From Pseudovirgaria hyperparasitica (taxonomy: Eukaryota): a stretch of DNA of 27,321 nucleotides. Positions 1-10,287 of this stretch are shown here, piece after piece. The notes below the pieces were generated by a model. It searched no databases. It was not told the origin of the DNA and was given only the letters and a program-made list of their open reading frames with translations. The stretch lies in the NCBI GenBank assembly GCA_010093815.1, contig ML996566.1; one strand, written 5' to 3'. The translations under genes were made by a program, and so were the position numbers. Position 1 is the first letter of the stretch, and each line of letters opens with the position of its first letter.

Positions 1-2
1 AT

Positions 3-3000
3 TTCGCGGTAGTTAGCCCGGCCCTTATAGCGGACGTAGCTAAGTCGTGTATCTCGGTCCTACGTCGTTAAGTGGCTCTCGCCGCTAATAGAGTATTAGG
101 ACCGGAGATCACGGAAGTCGTTACTATCTAGTATAATATCGCGGGGTAGCGATAACGCCTTACTATCTATATAGTACCTAGGCTAGACCGGGATCTTATC
201 CTCGGGAGCCTATAGCTCTACTAGGCTAGCGCCGTTATCGATATACGCGTAGATAAAATTACGCTTTACTACGCCTACGGCCTTATAGCCCGGGATATTA
301 ATACCTATAGGCGCCTAATAAGCATCCGGGTCCTTACCGAGAAGGGCTATATTCCTAGAGGTCTAGAGACGGCTTACCGCCGTAGGCGAGTAGTCGCTAC
401 TAGTATCCGCGACGTTACCCGCCTCCTATAACTTATACTCCCCTAGTTACCTCCGGTACCCAACCGGGACGCGACCGAGCTTATAGAGGATAGGCGCCCG
501 CTCCCGTTAACGCTATACGCCTACCGCGATCTCTTTAATAAGGAAAAGACGTCGGCGCTACCTCCCTATAGAGGGAACACCGACTACTATATCTATATTA
601 AGTCTATACCGGCGGGAACCCCTATAAACCTCCCCTAGGGACCACTCTACGCTATATCTTAGAAATAACTCGTAGAGCTCCGTCGCTAGCTTACGGATCT
701 TATAGATAAGAGATAGATACGGGCTAGCTCCTTAGCGGCTAGGGCGCTAGTACTCCTTATCCCTAAGCCGGGAGGGAAGTAGCGGCTATATATCGACTAT
801 AGGGCCCTTAATAGTATTACTAAATAGGACCGATACCCGCTACTACTTATACGCGAGACCCTATATACCATTAGTAATATATTATGGTTTAGTAAGGTGG
901 ACATCTAGGCGGCATTTTATAAACTACGGGTCGCCGCCGGGGACGAATATAAGACGGCCTTCTATACCCGGTTCGGCCTCTTTAAATAGATAGTTCTCCC
1001 TTTCGGTCTCTCTAGCGCCTCTATCTCCTTCTAGCGCTATATTAATAGGGTACTAAGTAGGGTCCTCGGGGTTACCTATATAGCGTATCTTAATAATATC
1101 CTTATATATACCCCGGGCACGTTAGAAGACTACTAGGCCGCCGTAAAAACTATCCTATCTCTTCTTATAAAGGCGGACCTTTACTATAACCTTACTAAAT
1201 GCCGTTTCGCTACTAAGGAGGTCCGGTACCTAGGTTATATTATTACCGCTAGGGAGTCGATCCGCCCTAACCCGGAGAAGATTACCGCTATCTAGGACTA
1301 GGAGCCCCCGACTACGGTCCGGGGCGTCTAGCGGTTTATTAGGTTTATAAACTTCTACCGTAACTTCCTCCCTAACTTCTCTACTATAGCGGCCCCGCTC
1401 TACGCCCTTACTAAGGCCGGGATAGCCTTCTACTAGGGCCCGGCTAAGAACCGCGCGTTTAATACGCTAAAGAACGCTTTTATTACTAGGCTAATCCTCT
1501 AGTCCTAGAACGAGATACACGATATAATAGTTAAGGCGGATTACTCTAGATACGCGACGGGTGGATACCTATCCTAAAAGGTTCGGGGTATTTAGTACCC
1601 GGTAGCCTACTATTCCGCGGCCCTTACGGCCGCTTAGCGGAACTATACGATCTATAATAAGGAGCTCCTTATAGTAGTTTAGTACCTCTAGGCGTGGGAA
1701 CCTAAGCTCCGAAGCGTCTACCGCCCCTTTACGGTCTATATAGACTATAAAAACCTCGAGTACTTTACTAAGTCTTACCTTCTTATCCCACGGTAGTAAT
1801 AATAGTCTAACTAGCTTATACTATTTAACTATAACCTCGTATACCGGCCGGGATCCTAGACGGCCCGTCTAGATACCCTAAGCCGCCGTAACTAGGACTT
1901 ATCTAAAAAGTCCCTTCTAAGGGGACGGCTTATAACTCTACGGGCCATTAGAATGGCACTAGTAAGTACCCGCTCCGGGGAGTCCTATCTCCCCTAGGGA
2001 CGAAGTATCTTTACCGACCCCCACCTCTAGGAGCTCTAGAACTAGGCTATTTAGTTAGTCCCGGTATACCGGGCCTACCACGGGGCCGTAGTAGACGGGG
2101 CACGCCTCTTCCTACTAGAGGCGCTTACTACTAAATAGATTATAGACTACGCCATATCGGTATACGGAATACTAATATAGTAGAGGGTTATTTAGGTGCC
2201 CGAGTGGGAACCCCTTACTATAACTATTATCTAGAAGTTCTATACCTCCCCCCTCGCGGGCCATCCCGGTAAGAATAAGACTTATATAGCCATTTAGTAG
2301 GAGTACTACTAGAAGTAGATATAGGCTAATATCCGGTAGTTCATACGAAACTATAACTACTATAGAGTCTACGTAAACCGACGTAAGGCCCCTAGCCTCC
2401 TCTAGCCTCTTCCGACGCTAGACCAGTTCTAGTCCTAAATTTCTATGGATTTTATAACTAACCTCCCCTAATCGGACCCGTCCCGGCCCTAATATCTTCT
2501 TATTATCACGGACCGGCTCTTAAAGTTTATTTAGCTAGAGGCGATAACCTCTATAGTAGCTAAGGACTACGCTACGCGGTTCCGCGACACGTGGTAGCGT
2601 TTCTAGAGGTTCCCCTAGTTAATAATTATAGACCGGGGCTCGGACTAGCTTAGGTAGTTCTAGATAACCCTCTACTCTATAATAGGTATACGCTAGAACC
2701 TCTCTACGGTCTACCACCCGTAGACGGATAGCGGTACTAAGCGTGCGAACTAGGAGGTGTAGGCCGTACTACGCGTTATAGTAACTTTTAAGTAAACTAA
2801 CTAGCCGGAATATCTCCTAGTATGTTAGCTCGCCCTTAATAACCGTACCTCGTTAGTAACTAGTATAGTACTAAACTTACTCCTAAACGGATACTACGTT
2901 AAACTATTACCATAGTAGCTACTCTTTAACGCCTCTACGACCTTAGCGAAAGGTTAGACTATGAATTTCCTTAAATATCTTTAGGACGGTACTACCTTAG

Positions 3001-3536
3001 CTTAAGCGGCTATTACCTAGGCCGAGTAGCGCTCCTAAGACTCGGTAAACCGGTTATAACGCCCGGCTAAGCGTTTTAAGATCAACAATATAGTATAGTT
3101 CTCTCTCCGGAACGTAAAGACTAACTACCCGAGCCGGAAGCTTGACTAGCTATAGGTAAAATACCGGGTTATAGCCTAACCCACCCCCTTAATAGTAACC
3201 CTTAACCTCCCCGGAGACCTTTATAAAACGGTCTATATAAGTCTTATTAAGCGCGCCGTAGAGGACCCCCTACCTAGCTAAGAGTGGCTCGATACCCGCC
3301 CGGGCCCGGCGCTCGAGCTTAACGAAGTAGACGAGGACATTACGAAGTATAAGGTTAAGAATATTCTATATATAAAAAATACACGGGGGCGGAATAAGTG
3401 ATAGGTACTTATAAAGTAGAAAGGTTAGTTATAACTAATATAGATTCTACTTAAGGACGTAGAAGATACTAAGGCGCTAGACTAGTTCGAGTCTAGATAT
3501 AGCGACGCTCGATTATATAACGGCCTACGACTCTAA
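3..3536 (+). pseudogene. pol: Gypsy pol of element A (protease C-half, RT, RNase H, integrase, chromodomain)
   Basis: Frame +3, RIP-reversed: DLILGSPWL (~190-220); PWGPLYAMS (633); WRLCVDYRALN...DRYPLPLI (~780-850); YLDD seen as TAT CTT AAT AAT at 1086-1097; RNase H EADCSGYA and HDKELL; integrase GHPGKNKT, ISMDFITDLP, TDRGS, YHPQTDGGTERANQ; chromodomain YEVENIL...VLVKWKGW from 3348. The true stop is uncertain. Confidence 0.93.
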
Positions 3537-3780
3537 CATATCCCTAAGTAGTAATATTACTCTACTATTATAGGCCTATAGCGGCCCTAATAACCTAATA
3601 TAAGAGTAGAGATTTTAGGAAAGAAAGAAATAAACGCCGAACGCTAGTACCTAGTATAACCTAATAATAAACTAATACCCGCCTTAAGACATGAAAAGGT
3701 TATTTACCTAGCTCTACCCTAGGTTTACACGGCGCTAGGGCCGGTGCCGTCCTTATCCGTAAATCCTAACATAAGGTTAG

Positions 3781-5367
3781 TTACCTAGTCCTCCCCTAGG
3801 CCGTCTTCTAATAACGGCGGCGGCTATTAATCTAGGCGGGTAGCGAGGGCGAGTTATACTCGTCTATAGGAGGGTTATAGCGGGGGCGGGCCGGCGACTA
3901 ATAGCGGTACGACGCTTAACGATCCTCATAGAAATAATACTAACGGCTACCTAAGTAACGGTAACGGTCGTACGACCGGTCCTAATAGTTATACGACCGG
4001 TTATAATAGCGGGGAGACTAATTACGGCGGGTGGAGGACTGGCTACGACGCTTATAGGACTAGAAGCGGTCACGGTAGCGAGGAGGGGTCTAGAGCTAAT
4101 AATAAGGTAGCGAGGACTCACGAGGAGGGACGGTGATAGGGAGCTAGGGGGGCCTAATAGGGCGATGGCGAGAGCTCCGAGTCGGCGACTCCCTATAGCC
4201 TATAGGCTAGGGTCGGCGCGAGCGGCTACTACCTAATAAGGGCTCCTTATCCTCTATAACTATCTAAGTAATAAGGCGGTAAGATAGTAGCTCCGCTAGG
4301 CGGGCTAACCCGGACACGACTTACTATATAGTACTCTACGTCACGCGTTAGAATAGATATTTAGACTTATAAAGCTTATATATCTATAAGATACCGATAC
4401 TAGTACGTAGCTTATCTATCTAGGCCTCGTTATAGAACACGTACTAATTTATCTAGTAAATTACGCTACTAATCTAGCTATGGTTACTACTACCGTGATA
4501 CGGCGGCTTAAATAACGTTATAGCGCCACGATAAGATATTACGGGAGCCTAACTAATAATACTAGCGTTACGTCGCGCGACGTAGGTAATCTCTAAGTTA
4601 GACTTATAGTCCTTATATAGGCGGTAGAACTTAGAGTTTATACACGGCTACTTACCGGATAAAGGCTTTATCGGGTCTAGGCCGCGACTACCATGATCCG
4701 TTATATGGCTAAAGTTATTATTAACCGACTCGTGTATAAACTTTTTAAGACAACTCTACGCCTTATATAAGGCCGGGTACGTAGCGAGCTCCTTAGTATT
4801 CTATAAGTAGGTCCCCTTTAATATATAGTACTTTATATAGTTAGTACCGCGGCTAGGCTTATAGCTACGCTCTAAGATTAGTAGGCGCCGCCACGGCGTA
4901 GAGACGGCACATACCTAAGTACCCTAGTTTTCTCTAGGGCCTTTATATATATACGATATACGAAGTACACGGACTCGGTACGCTCGTCTTCTAACGAGTC
5001 ACCCTCTATAATATATAGCTCTATACGGTAAATAGACTTAGCCTATTAGGGTACGGTAGAAGGAATAGTCTATCTAGTTAGTATAAGGAACGGCGTAGGG
5101 ATAGGACCTACTTACGGTGCGATCGGCTAGTTTCTAGCGCCTAGGCGCGCGACGATCGTTAGGGTCTTAACCTCTAGTACCTATAGCTACTACTAAGACG
5201 GCGCCGGCTTCTATAATAGGACTATTTAGGCCTAGAGCACTTATAATAATAGTATAGAAGCTGCGAGGTAGTATACGAGTTTACTAATATTATAGTAGCT
5301 ACTACGCGGTATCGAGATAGTAGGCGTGAGAGTAGTTAAGGAAGAAGAAAGTTACTAGGCGTGGGAC
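3781..5367 (-). pseudogene. Antisense spliced accessory gene of element A; Zn(II)2Cys6-like Cys cluster plus Arg/Ser/Pro-rich C-terminus
   Basis: Minus-strand introns: 5115-5070 (GTAAGT..ACTAAC..TAG), 4914-4865 (GTATGT..ACTAAT..TAG), 4655-4593 (GTAAGT..CTAAC..TAG), 4383-4336 (mutated donor ATATAT..CTAAC..TAG), and a further acceptor at 5368. Splicing keeps one frame with only TAA/TAG stops. Start and stop are approximate. Confidence 0.7.
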
Positions 5368-5399
5368 CTATATACTCGCGTTAGGGAAAATCGTGTAGA

Positions 5400-5741
5400 C
5401 CGGGGTAGAGCCGGTCCTAAAATAGATGATAATAATAATAAACGCAGGTCGTGCGTAAGCTACCCTACTACTACTATATGACCCCTAGCCCGGAGAGTAG
5501 CCGGTTCTAAAATAAATAATAATAAAATAGGACGCGCGGTTCGTGCGTAGGCTACCCTACCTTTATATAACCCGACGCGGTACGCTATAATATAAGAAGC
5601 CTACCTCCGCCATATAACCGCCACGATATAACTATAGAATTCTACTACCTTATAATTATATAACCTACGACGCTATAATATAAGGAACTAACCTCCGCCA
5701 CGTAACCGCTAGGATGCTACCATAAAAAGCTACCACCTTAC
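5400..5741. repeat. Two pairs of degenerate ~88-92 bp tandem duplications in the 3' non-coding region of element A
   Basis: GCCGGT(C/T)CTAAAATA at 5410 and 5500, TCGTGCGTA(A/G)GCTACCCTAC at 5449 and 5541; CGCTATAATATAAG...ACCTCCGCCA at 5583 and 5671. Confidence 0.8.
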
Positions 5742-5874
5742 TAGAAGGAATATATAGCCCTACGGTTATTATATAGTACGATATAAAGACCGTAAACCTA
5801 AGACCTAACCGAGCCGGTTATTATTATATAAAATACTAAGCCGGTCCCTAGGACGATCCTAGAGAATAAGGGTA

Positions 5875-6076
5875 TATTATAGACTTCGGCTTTACCTTAT
5901 CTCTAGTATTATATAACGGAGCCGGGATAGATAGAGACTAGTATAGAGGTATTACGTAACCTCGCTTAAGACTATACTTAAAGCTATAACTATACGGCTT
6001 ATCCCTATTCTCTCTAAGTTAAATTATAATATATCTTAATTACCATTGTAGCAACACCTTAGTTATATCCATTATA
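5875..6076 (+). repeat. Putative 3' LTR of element A (~202 bp), preceded by PPT-like AGAGAATAAGGG (5861-5872)
   Basis: Starts TATTATAG and ends CATTATA (TG...CA after RIP reversal). Its end coincides with the break in element B's RT. The partner LTR is not in the window. Confidence 0.6.
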
Positions 6077-6881
6077 GTATCTAGCCTCTTTCGAGATATT
6101 CTTTAATATATTTATAAAGAACTTCGAGTTCTAGTCTCGAAAGTAGGTAAAGTAGGCTATAAGGGACGTCTACTCTCTCTTTAAGCTCGATCTTTAGCTT
6201 ATACGGCCCGTGATTAGGGAGAAGTAACGCATCTTCTACCGAAAACACATCCGTATACTACGAATATATATCGGGTAGCGTGTCTTCGCCCTGATTATTA
6301 CTATTATCCTTATCTTTATTAATGATTAATAAGGATATAAGATAGATTAGTAACGATTAGGTCCGTATAGCGAGGTTCTATGCCTCCTTACTAATAGTTA
6401 CGACTTACTAGTATAATTTACCATAGTATTATCGGAACGTTAATATCTCCTTCTAAAAATTAAGAATAGGGTTTAGGCGTCTAAGCTAAGGTATCCCTAG
6501 AATCATATTCTATTAGCTAATATTAGCCATGATGAATTTATTAGATATCTACTATTTTATTATCTTCGAGTCATGAACTTCGTAATTCGTTATAGCTTTA
6601 CCTAAAGTTCTAACTTTATATCTATTAACTACGATAGTTCGGCTAACTTTACTAAGATCGTACGATAATCTATACTCCTTTATAAGAATCGACGAAATAT
6701 AGTTATCTTCTATACTAGTGTCTACGAGGGCCTATATAGTTTTATTACTATTTACTATGGGTAACGATACTTTTAGTAATATTAGGTCTTTACTCGCCGG
6801 AAGGCGCTACGGCTCCTCCTAAGTATATATAATTTAGCTAAGAACATAGTTAGGTCTCGTGTACTAGCCTATTCTTTTTTC
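6077..6881 (-). pseudogene. pol: pol of element B (protease and first RT residues), -1 frame relative to gag
   Basis: QALVDTGAEDNYIS (D codon 6722-6720; G seen as AGT); IELKEGADVPYGPLYPLSRLELEVL..YLERGWI, then an abrupt break. G AAA AAA at 6881-6875 lies just before the gag stop. Confidence 0.88.
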
Positions 6882-8137
6882 GGATTCTTATAGTTAGGTG
6901 AAATATATCCTATTTCTCTATACTTATAGTAACGAAGTATACTATAATCCTACTATTTTACGATAGATGTTATATTTAAGCCTATGCCTTATCCTTTTCC
7001 GCGTTAAGAAGCACCGCCTCGATTATTTTAGTATCCTCTTAACGCGTTTCTACCCCGATTTATACTCTTCTAGTACTAATCGCGGTAAGGTTACTCTTAA
7101 TTAAACGTATTCGATCGACCTCGTTTCTAACCCGTATAGGGTTCGTCGGTTTTACCTAGAGAGCCGCGTTCCTTAAGGATGCGGTAGTATTTATTAGCTT
7201 TCTCCTCTAATTCGTGTAGATAGTTAAAACTTAATAATACTATTCCTAGTCTTTCGTGGATTAATAGAAGTAGTACTTCGCGAAACTAGAATATACGAAA
7301 ATTTTTCTATAGCGTAGGGATATTATCCTATAGGTTTTAGAGGTATTATAGTAGTTAAGTAGGTGTCTAGTTCGGTCGTTATACTACGCTTCTTAACTTA
7401 GATAGTGCCTTTCTTTCACGTTCTCTATCCGTTCCGAGGGTATTTAGTATAAATATAGCTAAATATTCCTAGGTTATCGCAGATAGTAGCTATACTTCCT
7501 TCTATCTATCCTATTAATCGCGGGATTATAAGTCTAGGTATCGTTCTCCGAACGAAATACGTTATACTTTAGTAGAAAAGAGTAGAGGGTTATCGAGGAA
7601 GTACTTTTCGTAGTCTCTCTTCTAGTCTTTCTACTCCTTTTAGTTCTTCCCTATAAATATAGTCGGGTCTTTAGATTTCGGTATACCTAGGGAAGAAGTA
7701 GAGTAAATCGGTAATAAAGCGGCCGGGTATACGGTGGATTATTGCAACTCTAATGGTAGGTAAACTAATTCCGCCTAAATTAGTATAGGAAGTCGTCCAC
7801 CTACTATCGTTTAGCGTAGTTCTTTAAGAGACTCCTTAAGTTCTCGTCTCTTTACGAGGAGTTTCGCGCGTTCTACCTATTCTTTAAGGGTTTGAATCTC
7901 TCGAGTCTAATTCGCGACGTATTCCTAAAGTTCAGTGATGGTTTATTATAATACCTTACATGGCTCCGCCACGACTCGTTATCCGGCTTTATATTATTAG
8001 AAGTTACTTGGTGTATCTACTATTTCTTCGTCTAAAAGCTCCGTGATTTAGTCTAATATTTCCACTTCTTAGTTAGAAACGGCCGGGATTAATGCCGATT
8101 ATAGAGGATCCCTATTATTTAATATAGTATTACTTAT
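6869..8137 (-). pseudogene. gag: gag of element B
   Basis: 1269-nt frame from ATA (inferred ATG) at 8137 to TAG at 6869; PKSKDPTVFTG motif; C-terminal knuckle CYKCGEMGHISPNC after RIP reversal (~6890-6935). Confidence 0.8.
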
Positions 8138-8216
8138 CCCTATAGTGGATCGTGTCGACCTTCTTAGTTCTAGTTAGACTATCTTAACTATAGTACTATA
8201 TAGATAGTAATTCGAA

Positions 8217-8444
8217 TATAAGAATAGAGTTATTAGATAGTAGTATAGTTAGATAGAATAATAGGGTGTATTCTATTATAGAACGAATTACTACCGAACC
8301 CTTTTAGTAGGAATCCGAGAGTATATATATAAAGGGACGCCGATCTATCTAGCACGTGACTATTTACCGCCCTTCACGTTACCTCCTAACCCTGTTAGCT
8401 AAGGTACATGTAGGTCGGGTCCTACCTAAGGCTAAGTCCTAATA
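8217..8444 (-). repeat. 5' LTR of element B (228 bp)
   Basis: Minus strand begins TATTAGG and ends CTTATA, like the termini of element C's LTRs; TATA-like run at 8322-8331; followed by a self-complementary PBS. Confidence 0.75.
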
Positions 8445-8789
8445 ATTTAGATATATATTCCTTATATAAGGAATATTATATATCTATTTATACCTGCCCT
8501 TTTCATAGGTTATAAGCCCGGAGGCTTATAGCTTATATTCGATACTTTATCTTAGGAACTTCTTTTACATCCCCAAGAGGCTAACTTGGTCTATTCGGGG
8601 TAATACAGCGAGATACATACCTTAATTAATAGAGTATACCGAGTACACTAACTACTACTATACGCACGTACGTATAGCGTTAAAACCAAGACGTTATCGC
8701 CGTGTAAAGATATATATATACCCTCTTAAAATCCTCACGGAGATAGAGGCACGGACCACGCTACTAGAACGCCGATATGCCGACCCCCT

Positions 8790-8822
8790 TTTATTAGTTA
8801 AGGGCAGCCCTTAACTAATAAA
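8790..8822. repeat. Palindrome TTATTAGTTAAGGGC-A-GCCCTTAACTAATAA, copy 1
   Basis: Perfect 16-bp arms with a 1-nt centre, immediately before the inferred ORF1 start. Confidence 0.95.
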
Positions 8823-8823
8823 T

Positions 8824-10287
8824 ATAGCGGCCTTAGGCACTGATATACCCCGGTATATACCGGATATACCCCTACCGGTACGATAGAAAAGGCTATATAG
8901 CGATATTACTAAGGGTAACTATACACCTATCTAAAACGTAGAATATACCTAAAGGCGTACACCGCTATAGATAGACGGAATAAAGGGGACCCCGAGAGGG
9001 GAAACCCTCCTAGATTATATTAACTACTAGGTAGTATATATAGAGAAGGAAGCCGGAGAGGGCTAGAAGACCCTCCTATATATATTCTAGAACCTTATCT
9101 AGAATCTAAAGGGAATTACGGAGGAGAAGAAGAAGATATAACTAGAAGGACCGGAGGGTAGGCTCGACTAAATAGAGGCTAGTCTACGTAGAATCTAGGA
9201 GGAACTTACTTAAGGTAAGCGCCCTAGTATATAGGTATAAATAGTAGTAACACCGGAGGCTATACTACGGGCCCCCCGGACCGGCGATATGGTATATAGT
9301 ATACGCGTTATAATCTAGGATAAGGATACCCTAGTATAGGTCTAGTAAGTATCTCTAAAGGATATAGTAAGTAAGATTAACGAATAAAAGAGAATATAGT
9401 TAAACGTTATCGCCGCTAAACTTACGCTAGGAGGAGTAGTACTTACTATAATAATAAATATTACGTAGTAGACTATCTCGCGCGATCCGAACGCGATTAG
9501 TAGTATCTTCCTAGGCGCCTCTATTAGAGCGGCCATATACCTAATATAGGTATACTCTATACCCGTAAGCGGATAGGTTATTAGAGAAGAGGATATTACG
9601 CGGATAGAATAGTTAAACGAGCGAAAATACCTAGAGATTAAGATCGTAAGAGCATGGTAGAAGAATATATAAGGGATTAAAACTAGATTAAAGGTATACT
9701 CCACTATAATAGTAGAGCTTAAGGACCCCGCCCTCGCGTATTAAATTATATAAGAGGGATTCCTAGCGGAAGGGGAGCTTCTTATAGCGGAACCATAGGA
9801 TAGAGCATAGGCGATAATATAGTGGTTTAACTATTAGGGATACGGGTATACGGTATAGCGGTACTCCTAAAAGACTAGGTATAGGTAGTATTAATAAGAA
9901 TATAGTACCTAGGAGTACCCCTATAGGACACGAGGAGAGGGCTAGAGAGATAGGGACACGGCGAAGTACTCTAACTACGACGGTAAGTACCCGTCGTAGT
10001 CGGCTACGTGCGCGAAACGTAAATAGGTTACCGAATATATCTACTTAATCCGGATAAAGGGAGTAAGGTAGCTATAAACGATATAACCTACTACCATTCC
10101 TCTCTTTACTATAATACTACTACTATAGACTACCTCCTTACGAGGAAGCGATTAGAAATAGTAAACCGTTCCGAGAAAGCCAATAATAGAACGGCCCTAA
10201 GGAATTACTAAGGCCGCCGCCGTATAAGGATAGTCGCGTCTTAGAGGAACGAATATATAGGCCTATATATTCCCTAGTACCTAATAA
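8824..10287 (+). pseudogene. LINE copy 1 ORF1 (gag-like, three CCHC knuckles)
   Basis: Frame +1; RIP-reversed FNCQGYGHTAQRC, CGQCQQEHSTWEC, CSNCDGKHPSWSATC at ~9820-10010; ends FPSTQ*. Start codon inferred (ATA GCG GCC). Confidence 0.85.

Larger units (their letters stand above)
1..6076 (+). mobile_element. Ty3/Gypsy chromovirus LTR retrotransposon 'A' (RIP-inactivated; 5' LTR and gag lie upstream of the window)
   Basis: Protease-RT-RNase H-integrase-chromodomain order in one frame, then a ~2.3 kb 3' region, a purine tract and a putative 3' LTR ending exactly where element B's RT is cut. Confidence 0.92.
6077..8444 (-). mobile_element. Ty3/Gypsy LTR retrotransposon 'B', 5' portion (LTR, gag, protease, start of RT), interrupted by element A
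   Basis: Minus-strand LTR, PBS, gag with CCHC knuckle, protease and RT N-terminus in the expected order; homology stops at 6077. Confidence 0.88.

Noticed and set aside
5400..5741. CRISPR-like reading of the tandem repeats or the palindromes
   Set aside because: Eukaryotic TE context, only two units per repeat, no repeat-spacer array and no cas genes.
5991..6009. TATACGGCTTATC(C/T)CTATT shared with 13507-13525
   Set aside because: Short isolated match with no extension and no structural role; chance in low-complexity RIPed DNA cannot be excluded.
9342..9704. Minus-strand ORF (120 aa) and its counterpart at 22545-22949
   Set aside because: Antisense shadows of LINE ORF1 with RIP-typical I/Y/L-rich composition and no motif; recurrence is explained by LINE homology.
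9974..10000. Hairpin ACTACGACGG...CCGTCGTAGT in both LINE ORF1s
   Set aside because: Encodes the CDGKHPSW knuckle; perfect pairing arises partly from RIP changes at the Cys and Trp codons.
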